A DNA stretch of 64,000 bases, taken from positions 55,279-119,278 of the forward strand of contig JAHJSA010000069.1 in assembly GCA_018830645.1 (NCBI GenBank), given 5' to 3'. The DNA comes from Actinomycetota bacterium (GTDB taxonomy: Bacteria > Actinomycetota > Thermoleophilia > RBG-16-64-13). The notes beneath the pieces were generated by a model, which did not search any database, was not told the origin of the DNA, and saw nothing but the letters and a program-made list of their open reading frames with translations. A program made the position numbers and the translations under genes. Of the stretch, positions 1-8,626 are shown one piece after another. Within the stretch, counting starts at the first letter, position 1, and each line of letters starts with the position of its first letter.

Positions 1-204
1 GACCGTCCTCGCCGGCGATCTCGCGTTCGAGTTGGTCGAGGGGCGGCAGGAGCGACGCGAGGCTCACCATGAGCGGGGGCAACTCGAGTTCGACGACCCG
101 CCACATCTCTTGAACATCGATGCTGTCGTGCCTTCGCGGGTGTATTGCGCTGTCCGCTCGGCCGCCTCGAGGATCTGGGCAAGATAGACCCGTTGGTCCT
201 TCAT
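1..204 (-). CDS. hepT: HepT (DUF86) toxin of a HepT/MNT toxin-antitoxin pair; 5' part only, gene continues off the window
   Basis: Minus-strand translation from the ATG at 204-202 gives MKDQRVYLAQILEAAERTAQYTREG..., a typical HepT N-terminus. The start overlaps the upstream MNT stop (TGATG). No ORF-track entry because it is partial. Confidence 0.55.
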
Positions 205-560
205 CACAGCGGCACGGCTTCCCGCACGATCTTTCGCCGGAGCAGCCAGCAGATGCCTTGTTCGGTGACGACGTCGACATCCCGGCCGAGCAACTCCTCG
301 AGTTCGGCTATCATCGCGATACGATCCAGAAGGCCATGTTCGTCATCGAAATCGACGAGCAGATCGACATCACTGTTTTCCGTTTCCTCCCCGCGCGAGT
401 GGGAACCGAACACGCGCACGTTCTTGGCGCCGTGGGAGGCGGCGATGTTGATGATCTCGGCGCGGCGCGCCTTCAGCAGACTATCTGGAGACACAGAGGC
501 CACCACTTCGGTTCGATCACGATTCCAGGCATCTCGCGCCACCGCACCGTGAGGCGCCAC
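204..560 (-). CDS. mntA: MNT-type nucleotidyltransferase antitoxin
   Basis: 118 aa with GSHSRGEETENSDVDLLV (the GS-x9-DxD polymerase-beta-like NTase motif). Immediately upstream of and overlapping the HepT gene. Confidence 0.75.
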   Translation of the reverse strand: MAPHGAVARDAWNRDRTEVVASVSPDSLLKARRAEIINIAASHGAKNVRVFGSHSRGEETENSDVDLLVDFDDEHGLLDRIAMIAELEELLGRDVDVVTEQGICWLLRRKIVREAVPL

Positions 561-629
561 CAGCAGCCCGTCTTCTCACCCATTGTAGCGACAGAACCGT
601 CACCCGGCAAAACGCCGAACCCGCGAACA

Positions 630-1811
630 TCATCCACCCGGTCCCGCCGCCCGGACCCTCTCCGCGAGCGCCACGAGCACGGCATCCCGCCGATCTTCCA
701 GTGGCTGCGCGGGGTCGACCGTTTCCTCGCCCACGCCCGCGATCCCCGCGACGAGCGGCATGAGCCGCGGGCCCGCCACGTACCGCCGCGTCCTCCCGGC
801 TCCGACCGCAGCGAGTAGGCCCGCCCCATCGAGACGGCCAAGGTCATTGGTTGCCGTGGCTGTGGAGACATCGGCCAGGTCGCGGTAGTACCGGTTGCCG
901 ACATCACGCCCCATGAACGCGTCATACAACGCATTCGCCAAGCGAGGCTCCGCACGAAGCTCGTGCCGCACGAGTTCCTCGAGAGTGAGCCACAGATAGC
1001 GTTCGGTCGACAGGCGCAGGGACAACGCTTCCACTTGGAGGGTCTGAGCCCGCACGTGGGCCTCAACGAACGCGGTGACGTCGGTGTCGGGATCCCACTC
1101 GGAACCCAGGCAAGTGAAGGCGGCGTAATAGTCCTCGCGGTGGCGCCCCCACCACTCTTCAAGGCTCGTGAACTCCGGACCCTTGAAGCCGCCGCGGTGC
1201 ATGGCCAATGACGAGAGGATCCGCGCGGTGCGACCGTTCCCGTCCGAAAATGGATGGATGCCCGCGAGCCTGACGTGGACCAGCGCCGCGACCGTCGGCG
1301 CGGGGATTTCTCGGGGCGACTGGGCCCACTGCGCGAGTTCGGCGAGCAGCGCCGGGACCGCTTCCGGTGGAGGCGGCAGATACACAGCCCGTCGCGCCGC
1401 CGGGTCGACCAAGCGGTTCTGACCGGTCCGAACACGACCGGCACCATGGGAGTAGTCGCCGGCCATCACTCGGTAGTGGATGCCGAGAACGAGCTCTGAT
1501 TGCCACTGGAAATGGGGATCGTCGGCGCGCCGCAGGACGAAGTTCATCGCGTCGCGATAGCCTTCCACCAGGCCCGCGTCCTCGACCGACACAGACCTGG
1601 GCCGGTCACCCGCAAGGATACGCCTCACCTCGTCCACTGTGACCGCCACTCCCTCCATGGACGTGGACGCCGCCACCGCCTCAGCCTCGAGTTCCCGCCG
1701 GGTTCGTCCGCGCCAGACACGAAGCCGTGGTTGGGCATCGAGCCTCGCCCGGAGGTCGCCCAGGCGATCGAGATCGCGGAGGACTCCTGCGGTCACCCTG
1801 AACTTGTACAC
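630..1811 (-). CDS. Fic family protein (putative AMPylase)
   Basis: 393 aa containing HPFSDGNGRTAR, the Fic HPFx(D/E)GNGR motif. GTG start preceded by AGGAGA. Confidence 0.8.
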   Translation of the reverse strand: MYKFRVTAGVLRDLDRLGDLRARLDAQPRLRVWRGRTRRELEAEAVAASTSMEGVAVTVDEVRRILAGDRPRSVSVEDAGLVEGYRDAMNFVLRRADDPHFQWQSELVLGIHYRVMAGDYSHGAGRVRTGQNRLVDPAARRAVYLPPPPEAVPALLAELAQWAQSPREIPAPTVAALVHVRLAGIHPFSDGNGRTARILSSLAMHRGGFKGPEFTSLEEWWGRHREDYYAAFTCLGSEWDPDTDVTAFVEAHVRAQTLQVEALSLRLSTERYLWLTLEELVRHELRAEPRLANALYDAFMGRDVGNRYYRDLADVSTATATNDLGRLDGAGLLAAVGAGRTRRYVAGPRLMPLVAGIAGVGEETVDPAQPLEDRRDAVLVALAERVRAAGPGG

Positions 1812-1817
1812 GATCTA

Positions 1818-1845
1818 TCTCCTAATCTCCTAGTAATTTAGGAGA
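1818..1845. promoter_or_regulatory. Low-GC inverted/direct repeat (TCTCCTAA TCTCCTAG taat TTAGGAGA) covering the Fic ribosome-binding site
   Basis: Seen directly: the arm tctcctaa (1818-1825) is the reverse complement of ttaggaga (1838-1845). A nested tctccta/taggaga pair and an AT-rich spacer sit in an otherwise GC-rich region. Confidence 0.35.
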
Positions 1846-1866
1846 TTATACGCCGCGGAGGCTCTG

Positions 1867-2198
1867 ATTCCTGCCGGAGCTTCAGCACAAGCCCAAGGAA
1901 CAAGCACGGGAAAGCCTCTCGGATGCCATAGCCCTCATTCTGGAGGATCGCCAGGAGGACGGCCTCCGAGGAGTGCCTCCCTATGCTGAGCGCGAAACGA
2001 TCACGGTCGAGATCCGCGGCGCACCTTAAGCGCGGCGAACTGCGGCCCGACCTTGACAGCCATCTAGCCGTGGCATCCCTGGTGGGCTCACTGATATTCC
2101 TGCGGATCACCTCGACGCTGCCCGACAGCGGAGACGACCTCGCGGAACACCTGGTGGGTCAGCTGCTCGATGGGATGGGAGCACAGCAGTCCGACTAG
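1867..2198 (+). pseudogene. TetR-family regulator remnant: C-terminal ligand-binding part only, frameshifted, no HTH
   Basis: Two overlapping plus-strand frames read ...ESLSDAIALILEDRQEDGLRGV... and ...LAVASLVGSLIFLRITSTLPDSGDDLAEHLVGQLLDGM, resembling a TetR C-terminal domain. It is adjacent to and divergent from an MFS transporter. The N-terminal HTH is missing because the Fic gene lies where it would be. Confidence 0.3.
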
Positions 2199-2213
2199 GA
2201 CCGACGCGCCTCC

Positions 2214-3455
2214 TCACACCTGCTCCGCGGGCCTCCGGCGCACGTACCGCGCCTGCATCGTGATGGCGATAGCCGCAGGCACCAGAGCCACCCAGTACAC
2301 CCCGCTGAGCGATATCGAGGAAGCCAGGAAACCGCCTCCAATGGAACCGAGGGCGATCCCCATGTCGTACGCGAAAAAGAACGCCGCCATGGCCGCCCCC
2401 CTGCGGGCAGGCGCGACCCCGTGCACCGTCAGGGCCTGCAGACTCGGCTGGGAGGTGCCGTAGCCGACCCCGTAGACCGCTCCGGCCGCGAGGATGAACG
2501 CCAGGTTGTCGGCCAGCGCCAGGATGACGAGGCCGGCCGCGACCAAGACAAAGCCGAGGGTGGCGGTGCGAAGGTAGCCCCAGCGGTCGGCCAGGCGCCC
2601 GCTCAGCGGACGCACCACGGCGAGCACGATCGCGAACACCGCGAAGAACGGACCGACGTTGCCGATGCCGCGCTCGTGCCCGTAGAGGGCGATGAAGGCG
2701 AGGATGGGAGCGTAGGTCATGGTCAGCAGGAACACACCCGTCGCCGGCAGGAGCGAGGAACGCTCGAACAGCGTGCGCACGGATAGACGACCACCCCCGC
2801 GTTCCACCCGCGGAGCGCGGATGATTCCCGACAGCAGCAGAGCGACGGCCGTCAGTCCGGCGGCGAGAAGGAAGAGCGACGTGAAGTCGCCGTCGTCGGT
2901 GAGAGCGAGCCCGACGGCCGGGGCAATCGCCATAGGGAGCCCCATGGCCAGCGTGAAGTAGCCCATGGCCTCGCCCATCCGCGCACGAGGCGCGAGGTCG
3001 GAGGCGAGCGTGCCGCTCGCAGTGGTCTCCAGCCCGAAGCCGACGCCATGGACCAGCCGCAGCACAAGCAGGAAGCCGATCCCCGCCACCCACTCGTGGG
3101 CGAGTATGGACAGGAGGGTCACGATCAGGCCGATGAAGAGGATGGCGCGACGCCCGTACGTGTCGAGGGCCCATCCCGTCACCGGCCGGACGACCATGGC
3201 GGCGAACGTGAAGAACCCCAGCACCAGGCCGGCGGAAGCCTCGTCCCCGCCAAGGTCCACCGCGAAGAGAGGCAACGCGGGCAGCAGCAGGTAGACCCCG
3301 AAGAAGTAGAGCAACTGGGATCCGAGCAGGAACACGAAGTCGCGCGTCCAGAGCGGCAGGCGCGGTGATGCGTCGGGCGCCCCGACATCCGAGGGCACAA
3401 AAGGCGTGACGGGACTCAGGTCGGGAACGGCCGACTCGGGGGTGTTCGAGGACAT
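2214..3455 (-). CDS. MFS transporter
   Basis: 413 aa with 12 predicted TM segments and MFS-like motifs (GxLaDrxGrR-like GWALDTYGRRAIL). Confidence 0.85.
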   Translation of the reverse strand: MSSNTPESAVPDLSPVTPFVPSDVGAPDASPRLPLWTRDFVFLLGSQLLYFFGVYLLLPALPLFAVDLGGDEASAGLVLGFFTFAAMVVRPVTGWALDTYGRRAILFIGLIVTLLSILAHEWVAGIGFLLVLRLVHGVGFGLETTASGTLASDLAPRARMGEAMGYFTLAMGLPMAIAPAVGLALTDDGDFTSLFLLAAGLTAVALLLSGIIRAPRVERGGGRLSVRTLFERSSLLPATGVFLLTMTYAPILAFIALYGHERGIGNVGPFFAVFAIVLAVVRPLSGRLADRWGYLRTATLGFVLVAAGLVILALADNLAFILAAGAVYGVGYGTSQPSLQALTVHGVAPARRGAAMAAFFFAYDMGIALGSIGGGFLASSISLSGVYWVALVPAAIAITMQARYVRRRPAEQV

Positions 3456-3580
3456 CGGGGGATTCTATCCCAACACTTCGGGGCGCGGGCCGTCGCCGTG
3501 TTCGAAGGCCGGGGGCCGATCGCGCGCCGGGTCTCCCTGCGGTCGAGGCCCGAGGAATCGGAGGGCGACCGCCCTCCGGC

Positions 3581-4162
3581 TCACTTCAGCTTGCCCGCCT
3601 GCTCCAAGGCCAGCAATACCCTGGTATCCGGCCTGGGATCCGGACCGCGAAAGAAGTCCGCTCCTGGGTAGCCGAGCTCGATTCGGATCAGAGGATCGTC
3701 ATCCGACACCAGCGTGGTCTCGATCACGACTCCGTCGAAGCTCAGAGAGGAGTACGATGCCCAGAAGGCGCCGGCGTAGATGGGTTGACCATCGACGCAG
3801 ACCGCGAAGGACTTCCCGTTCACAGGGACAACCAGGCCGCGTATCGCTTCGACCCCGGACGCGGTCAGGTCGATCTCGTGGGTCTCCCACGCGTAGAAGA
3901 CCACATCGTCGCCCGTGAGGAGAGGAGAGTCCTGCAGTTCCAGATGGCTCAGCGCGGCGAGTCGATCGGGCGGAACGTCTCCCGCGAGCAGGTAGATGGC
4001 GAACCCGTCGGCAGCGCCGGCCGGCTGCTGGGCCGTCGTCGGGACGGTCGTGGGTTCGGTGGGTGTCGGGTTGCAGCCGACGAGGGTGAGAAGGACCAAG
4101 CCGATGACGACCCGGGCGGAGGCGGCCATCCAACCTGTTCTCCCGGTCGAGCAGCCGATCAT
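3581..4162 (-). CDS. Putative lipoprotein (hypothetical)
   Basis: 193 aa with an N-terminal signal peptide and an LVGC lipobox followed by a Thr/Pro-rich linker. Confidence 0.5.
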   Translation of the reverse strand: MIGCSTGRTGWMAASARVVIGLVLLTLVGCNPTPTEPTTVPTTAQQPAGAADGFAIYLLAGDVPPDRLAALSHLELQDSPLLTGDDVVFYAWETHEIDLTASGVEAIRGLVVPVNGKSFAVCVDGQPIYAGAFWASYSSLSFDGVVIETTLVSDDDPLIRIELGYPGADFFRGPDPRPDTRVLLALEQAGKLK

Positions 4163-4193
4163 TCGTCGACCTCCCCTGGGGCTCTGCGCCGGG

Positions 4194-6386
4194 TCAACCC
4201 CCGCGCATGCTGAGCGAGATGCGCTTCCGCTGGAGGTCCACGGAGAGCACCGTCACCATGACCGGCTGCTGCACGGCCACCACCTCAGACGGGTCGCGGA
4301 CGAACCGGTCGGCTAACTGGCTGATGTGCACGAGACCGTCCTGGTGTACGCCCACGTCGACGAAGGCGCCGAACGCGGTGACGTTGGTCACGATACCGGG
4401 CAGGCGCATGCCCTCCTCCAGATCCTCCAGCGACTCGACCCCGTCCGCGAAGCGGAACACCTCGAAGGCCCGGCGCGGATCGCGGCCGGGCTTCTCCAGC
4501 TCGGCCAAGATGTCGCGCAGAGTGGGAAGACCCACCGCGTTGCTGACGTAGCGGGCCGGATCGATGCGGGCGCGGAGTCCGGCGTCGCGGAGCAGGTCGG
4601 CCACCTTGACGCCCAGGTCCGCGGCCATGGCCTTGACCACGGGGTAGCTCTCGGGATGCACGGCGCTCGCGTCGAGGGGTTCCGCGCCCTCGCGCACGCG
4701 CAGGAAGCCGGCGGCCTGCTCGAAGGCCTTGGGCCCGAGGCGTGGCACCTTCTTGAGCTGAGCGCGCGAGCGAAACGGTCCCTCCTCGTCGCGGAACGCC
4801 ACGATGTTGGCGGCCAGCTGTGGACCGAGTCCTGAGACGTGGCTGAGCAGCGACGGGCTGGCGGTGTTCACCTCGACCCCCACCCGGTTTACTGCGGTGC
4901 CCACGACGTCGTCGAGGCTGCGGCGGAGGGCGGCTTGGTCGACATCGTGCTGGTACTGCCCCACCCCGATGGACTTGGGGTCGATCTTCACCAGTTCGGC
5001 CAGAGGATCCTGGAGGCGACGGCCGATGGACACCGAGCCGCGCACGGTGATGTCGTGGTCGGGCAGCTCCTCGCGGGCAACCTCCGAAGCCGAGTAGATG
5101 GACGCCCCGCTCTCGTTCACCATGACCACCACGACGTCGCGCCCGAGGCCGAGATCCAAGACGAAAGCCTCTGTCTCCCGCCCGGCGGTGCCGTTGCCCA
5201 CGGCCACGGCTTCCACCCCGAAGCGCGACACGAGGCCGCGGACGGTCTCCCCCGCCTGCGTCCGGGCGCCCTTCGACTGGTGGGGCTGCACGTTGTCGTG
5301 GTGCAGGAGCTTGCCCTGCGGGTCGAGCACGGTGACCTTGCAGCCGGTGCGGAACCCCGGGTCGATAGCCAGCACCGTCTTGCCGCCCAGAGGTGGGGCC
5401 AGCAGCAGTTCGGCCAAGTTGGAGGCGAAGACGCGGATGGCCTCCTCGTCCGCACGAGCCTTCAATTCGGCGCGGGCCTCGTTCTCCATGGACGGGCCCA
5501 GCAGCCGCTTGAAGGCGTCTCGCAAGGCCACGCGCACTTCCTCGGCGGCGGCAGTGGCGCCGGCAGAACTGGCGGTACCCGAGCCGGCCCCGGGCGACCG
5601 CAGATAGCGGCCCTCAAGCAGGGCAAGGACCTTCTCCTCCGGAACGTCCACAACCACGCGCAGGACGCCCTCGGACTCGCCGCGGAACAGCGCCAACACC
5701 CGATGCGAAGGAGCCCGGGCGGCGGGCTCTTCCCACTCGAAGTAGTCGCGGAACTTGGCGCCGGGCTCCTCCTGGCCCTTGGCCACCCGGCTACGCAGCA
5801 CGGCCTCTCGCTCGTAGAGCGCCCGCGTGCGGCTGCGCACCTCGGCGTCCTCGGTGGCGGTCTCGGCGATGATGTCGCGGGCGCCGGCGAGGGCTTCTTC
5901 TACGCCGGGGACATCCTTCTCGGCGTCGACGAAGGCCTCCGCGGCGGTCGCTGGGTCGAACTCCGCGTCGCCGGTGGCGGCGGCAGTGAGGAGGAGCGCG
6001 GCGAGCGGCTCCAACCCCCGTTCGCGGGCGGCGGCCGCACGAGTGCGGCGCTTGGGCCGGAAGGGCAAGTAGTGGTCTTCGAGCTCCACCATGGTGGCGG
6101 CTCCGCGCACCGCCGCTTCCAGTTCCGGAGTGAGCAGTTCGCGTTCGCCCAGCGAGCCCAGGATGGACTCCCGCCGCTTCTCGAGCTCCTCGAGGCGGGC
6201 CAGCCGATCGCGGACCGCGGCGATCTGCACCTCGTCAAGGGAGCCGGTGGCCTCCTTGCGGTAGCGCGCGATGAAAGGCACCGTGGCACCGCCCGCGAGC
6301 AGTTCGGCCACGGACTCGGTCTGCGCCGGTCGCAGGGCGAGTTCAGCGGCGACCTTCTGGGTGAGGGGTGTGGTAGGAACGCTCAT
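4194..6386 (-). CDS. tex: Tex transcription accessory protein (YqgF/HhH/S1 domains)
   Basis: ATVPFIARYRKEATGSLDEVQI at the N-terminus and a C-terminal S1 domain. Start chosen at MSVPTT by alignment to the Tex N-terminus; the ORF track extends to 6425. Confidence 0.85.
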   Translation of the reverse strand: MSVPTTPLTQKVAAELALRPAQTESVAELLAGGATVPFIARYRKEATGSLDEVQIAAVRDRLARLEELEKRRESILGSLGERELLTPELEAAVRGAATMVELEDHYLPFRPKRRTRAAAARERGLEPLAALLLTAAATGDAEFDPATAAEAFVDAEKDVPGVEEALAGARDIIAETATEDAEVRSRTRALYEREAVLRSRVAKGQEEPGAKFRDYFEWEEPAARAPSHRVLALFRGESEGVLRVVVDVPEEKVLALLEGRYLRSPGAGSGTASSAGATAAAEEVRVALRDAFKRLLGPSMENEARAELKARADEEAIRVFASNLAELLLAPPLGGKTVLAIDPGFRTGCKVTVLDPQGKLLHHDNVQPHQSKGARTQAGETVRGLVSRFGVEAVAVGNGTAGRETEAFVLDLGLGRDVVVVMVNESGASIYSASEVAREELPDHDITVRGSVSIGRRLQDPLAELVKIDPKSIGVGQYQHDVDQAALRRSLDDVVGTAVNRVGVEVNTASPSLLSHVSGLGPQLAANIVAFRDEEGPFRSRAQLKKVPRLGPKAFEQAAGFLRVREGAEPLDASAVHPESYPVVKAMAADLGVKVADLLRDAGLRARIDPARYVSNAVGLPTLRDILAELEKPGRDPRRAFEVFRFADGVESLEDLEEGMRLPGIVTNVTAFGAFVDVGVHQDGLVHISQLADRFVRDPSEVVAVQQPVMVTVLSVDLQRKRISLSMRGG

Positions 6387-6474
6387 CGGTCGGGGTAGGT
6401 TCGCAGACCCGGGCGGTGGAGACAAGGGGGCGCGAGCGGCGAGGTTGGCGGGAGGACGGGCGCGCGGACGGACA

Positions 6475-6906
6475 CTAGCCGTCCAGATACCTCACCACAG
6501 ACTCGGCGAAGCGGTTGAAGTCGTCAAGACGACGAGCGTTCCGATCGAGTTCAACGATGTCCAAAGCGACGTACTCGTGCTGCAAGATGCTGCGGAAGCC
6601 TGCCAAGGGGGCTAATTCGAGGGCGAAGTCTCGGGCCAGCACTCCGTGCTCGCCAAGCTTCTCGAGCACTTCTCGGTAGGAGCCCGGCAGACCCCACCCC
6701 TCGGCCGCCACGATGTGGCCGCCGATGTCGAGCACGGTCTGGATGGCGAGGTACAGGCACCGCTCGACGGCACGTCGCCGCACCGTGTTCTCAGGTGCCG
6801 CCAAGGCCTCCGCATCGGCGGGTAGGGCGTCGTGCAGTTCGCCCAGAACCCTGCTCAGCGCATCGAGTCTCGCATAGATCAAGCTCTCATCGAGCAACGA
6901 GCTCAC
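6475..6906 (-). CDS. hepT: HepT (DUF86) toxin, second copy
   Basis: 143 aa with FRSILQHEYVALD, the Rx4HxY HepT motif. Overlaps the upstream MNT gene by 20 nt. Confidence 0.7.
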   Translation of the reverse strand: MSSLLDESLIYARLDALSRVLGELHDALPADAEALAAPENTVRRRAVERCLYLAIQTVLDIGGHIVAAEGWGLPGSYREVLEKLGEHGVLARDFALELAPLAGFRSILQHEYVALDIVELDRNARRLDDFNRFAESVVRYLDG

Positions 6907-7540
6907 CTCCCAGGATGCGGTCCCGCAGCGCCTTGTTGTAGGTACGCTCGAGGGGCAGATAGTCGAGATACCGCTGGAATACGCCGACCTCGAAGCGGAT
7001 CCTGCGTGGATCGCCTGCCCCTACGGCGATCAGGCCGTCGCGCACGACCGCGAAGGCGAGTGCCGACGGCGCGGTGTTGAGGATCACGACGTCTACCCTC
7101 GGCACCCGCAGGGCCACCGGTAACCGAGAGGTCAACTCGGCGAGCCGGGAATCGGCACCCCCATCGGGAGACATGCTTCCCCGAATTCCAGCCGAGCACC
7201 GATCCAGCAAGAGAGCGACATCGACATCGCTCAACGGTCCAGCCAAGCCGGTGGCCTTCGACCCGAACAGATAGGCCGCGACTATCCCGTCTTGCCCGGC
7301 GCAGAAGGCCCGCAGGCGATCGACCAGGATCTCGACCGGCACCTCGGATCGGGCCGGACCCGACTCCGCGCGGCCGCGGGCCGGCGCGGGCGCTGGCTCG
7401 AGTTCGACCCCTTCGGTCCGAAGCCATGCTTTCAGGGCTTCGCGGATCACCCCACTACGAGAGTAGTGACCCGACCGAGCGTGAGCGTCCACGGCGGACA
7501 CCAGCTCAGGAGGCATGGTGATGTTCAACCGACGATCCAT
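6887..7540 (-). CDS. Ribbon-helix-helix (CopG-like) domain fused to an MNT nucleotidyltransferase antitoxin
   Basis: N-terminal MDRRLNITMPPELVSAVDAHARSGHYSRSGVIREALKAWL looks like an RHH domain. It is followed by GSKATGLAGPLSDVDVALL, the MNT NTase motif. Start taken at MDRR (ORF track extends to 7594). Confidence 0.7.
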   Translation of the reverse strand: MDRRLNITMPPELVSAVDAHARSGHYSRSGVIREALKAWLRTEGVELEPAPAPARGRAESGPARSEVPVEILVDRLRAFCAGQDGIVAAYLFGSKATGLAGPLSDVDVALLLDRCSAGIRGSMSPDGGADSRLAELTSRLPVALRVPRVDVVILNTAPSALAFAVVRDGLIAVGAGDPRRIRFEVGVFQRYLDYLPLERTYNKALRDRILGGELVAR

Positions 7541-7577
7541 ATCAGCCCCAGTATGGTTGACGATAGCATTGGAAACA

Positions 7578-7604
7578 ACACACTGCGTGTACATTGCGTG
7601 TGTA
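7578..7604. promoter_or_regulatory. Putative RHH operator: TGCGTGT direct repeat inside an imperfect palindrome ACACACTGCGTGTACATTGCGTGTGT
   Basis: Seen directly, 38-64 nt upstream of the RHH-MNT start at 7540 and adjacent to the divergent HIBADH-like gene. Confidence 0.3.
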
Positions 7605-7714
7605 TCTCGGAATCGCCTGGCAAGGTGGAGCCGTCGCGGGGCGACGCACGATAGTATGGTGGTCGGCTTGGTTCTCGCGCCCGGAACGCTGACGACCTTC
7701 AGGGAGATACGTAC

Positions 7715-8626
7715 GTGGACCTACCTCGCATCGGATTCATCGGCCTCGGGATCATGGGCACACCCATGGCCGGCCACCTCGCCCGAGCGGGCTACCCGCT
7801 CAGCGTGCACGACGTAGACCCCGCGAAGCCGGAGGCGGTGGCCGCCGAACATCCGAGCGTACGGATCGCGCCCGACGCCCGCTCGGTCGCCCAGGCGGCC
7901 GACATCGTCATCACCATGCTGCCCTCCGGCGAGTACGTGCACGAGGTGGCGCTCGGAGACGCCGGTCTGATCGAAGGCTTCGCTCCGGGTTCGCTGCTGC
8001 TCGACACCTCCTCCTGCGAACCCTGGCTGACAGTGAGGACAGCCGCCGCCCTCGCCGGGGTGGGCGTGGACATGGTTGACGCCCCGGTCTCCGGCGCCCT
8101 GGCGGGGGCGCGCGCGGCGGAGCTCGTCTTCATGGTGGGCGGTGGCGCGGAGGCGGTGGGGCGTGTCACGCCTCTCCTCGACCTCTTGGGGAAGCAGTCA
8201 TTCCACCTCGGCCCGGTCGGCGCCGGCCACGCGATGAAGTGCATCAACAACCTGATCACGGCCACGACCTTCATGGCGACGGCCGAGGGTCTCACCATCG
8301 GCGCCCGCTTCGGTTTGGACCCCGATGTCATGACCGACGTTCTGAACGTCTCCACAGGCATGTCGTGGATAAGCCAGACCCACATCAAGCAACGCATCAC
8401 CAGCCGTGCCTTCGACGATCCGTTCAAGCTCGCGTTGATGGTGAAGGACGTGGGGATCGCCCTGGAGTTGGCAAAGCGCGAAAAACTGCCGCTGCCCCTG
8501 TCCGAAGGCGGCCACACGCTGTGGGAGGCGGCCGGGCGCTCCGCTGAAGAAGGGGCCAGCATCAGCGAGATGGTGCGCTGGCTCGAGCGCGAGACCGGCA
8601 CGCAGATCGGGGGGACTACACCGTGA
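7715..8626 (+). CDS. NAD(P)-dependent oxidoreductase, 3-hydroxyisobutyrate dehydrogenase / 2-hydroxy-3-oxopropionate reductase family
   Basis: N-terminal GFIGLGIMGTPMAGHL Rossmann motif and HIBADH-like body. GTGA-coupled to the next gene. Confidence 0.8.
   Translation: MDLPRIGFIGLGIMGTPMAGHLARAGYPLSVHDVDPAKPEAVAAEHPSVRIAPDARSVAQAADIVITMLPSGEYVHEVALGDAGLIEGFAPGSLLLDTSSCEPWLTVRTAAALAGVGVDMVDAPVSGALAGARAAELVFMVGGGAEAVGRVTPLLDLLGKQSFHLGPVGAGHAMKCINNLITATTFMATAEGLTIGARFGLDPDVMTDVLNVSTGMSWISQTHIKQRITSRAFDDPFKLALMVKDVGIALELAKREKLPLPLSEGGHTLWEAAGRSAEEGASISEMVRWLERETGTQIGGTTP

Noticed and set aside
120-1447. Overlapping ORFs 120..818(+), 145..552(+), 473..1447(-)
   Set aside because: They overlap the MNT and Fic genes, which have diagnostic motifs. 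The alternative frames give low-complexity Arg/Ser/Pro-rich products.
4839-6398. 519-aa plus-strand ORF
   Set aside because: Antisense to the Tex gene, whose Tex identity is unambiguous. Low-complexity Ala/Gly/Arg-rich translation typical of shadow ORFs in high-GC DNA.
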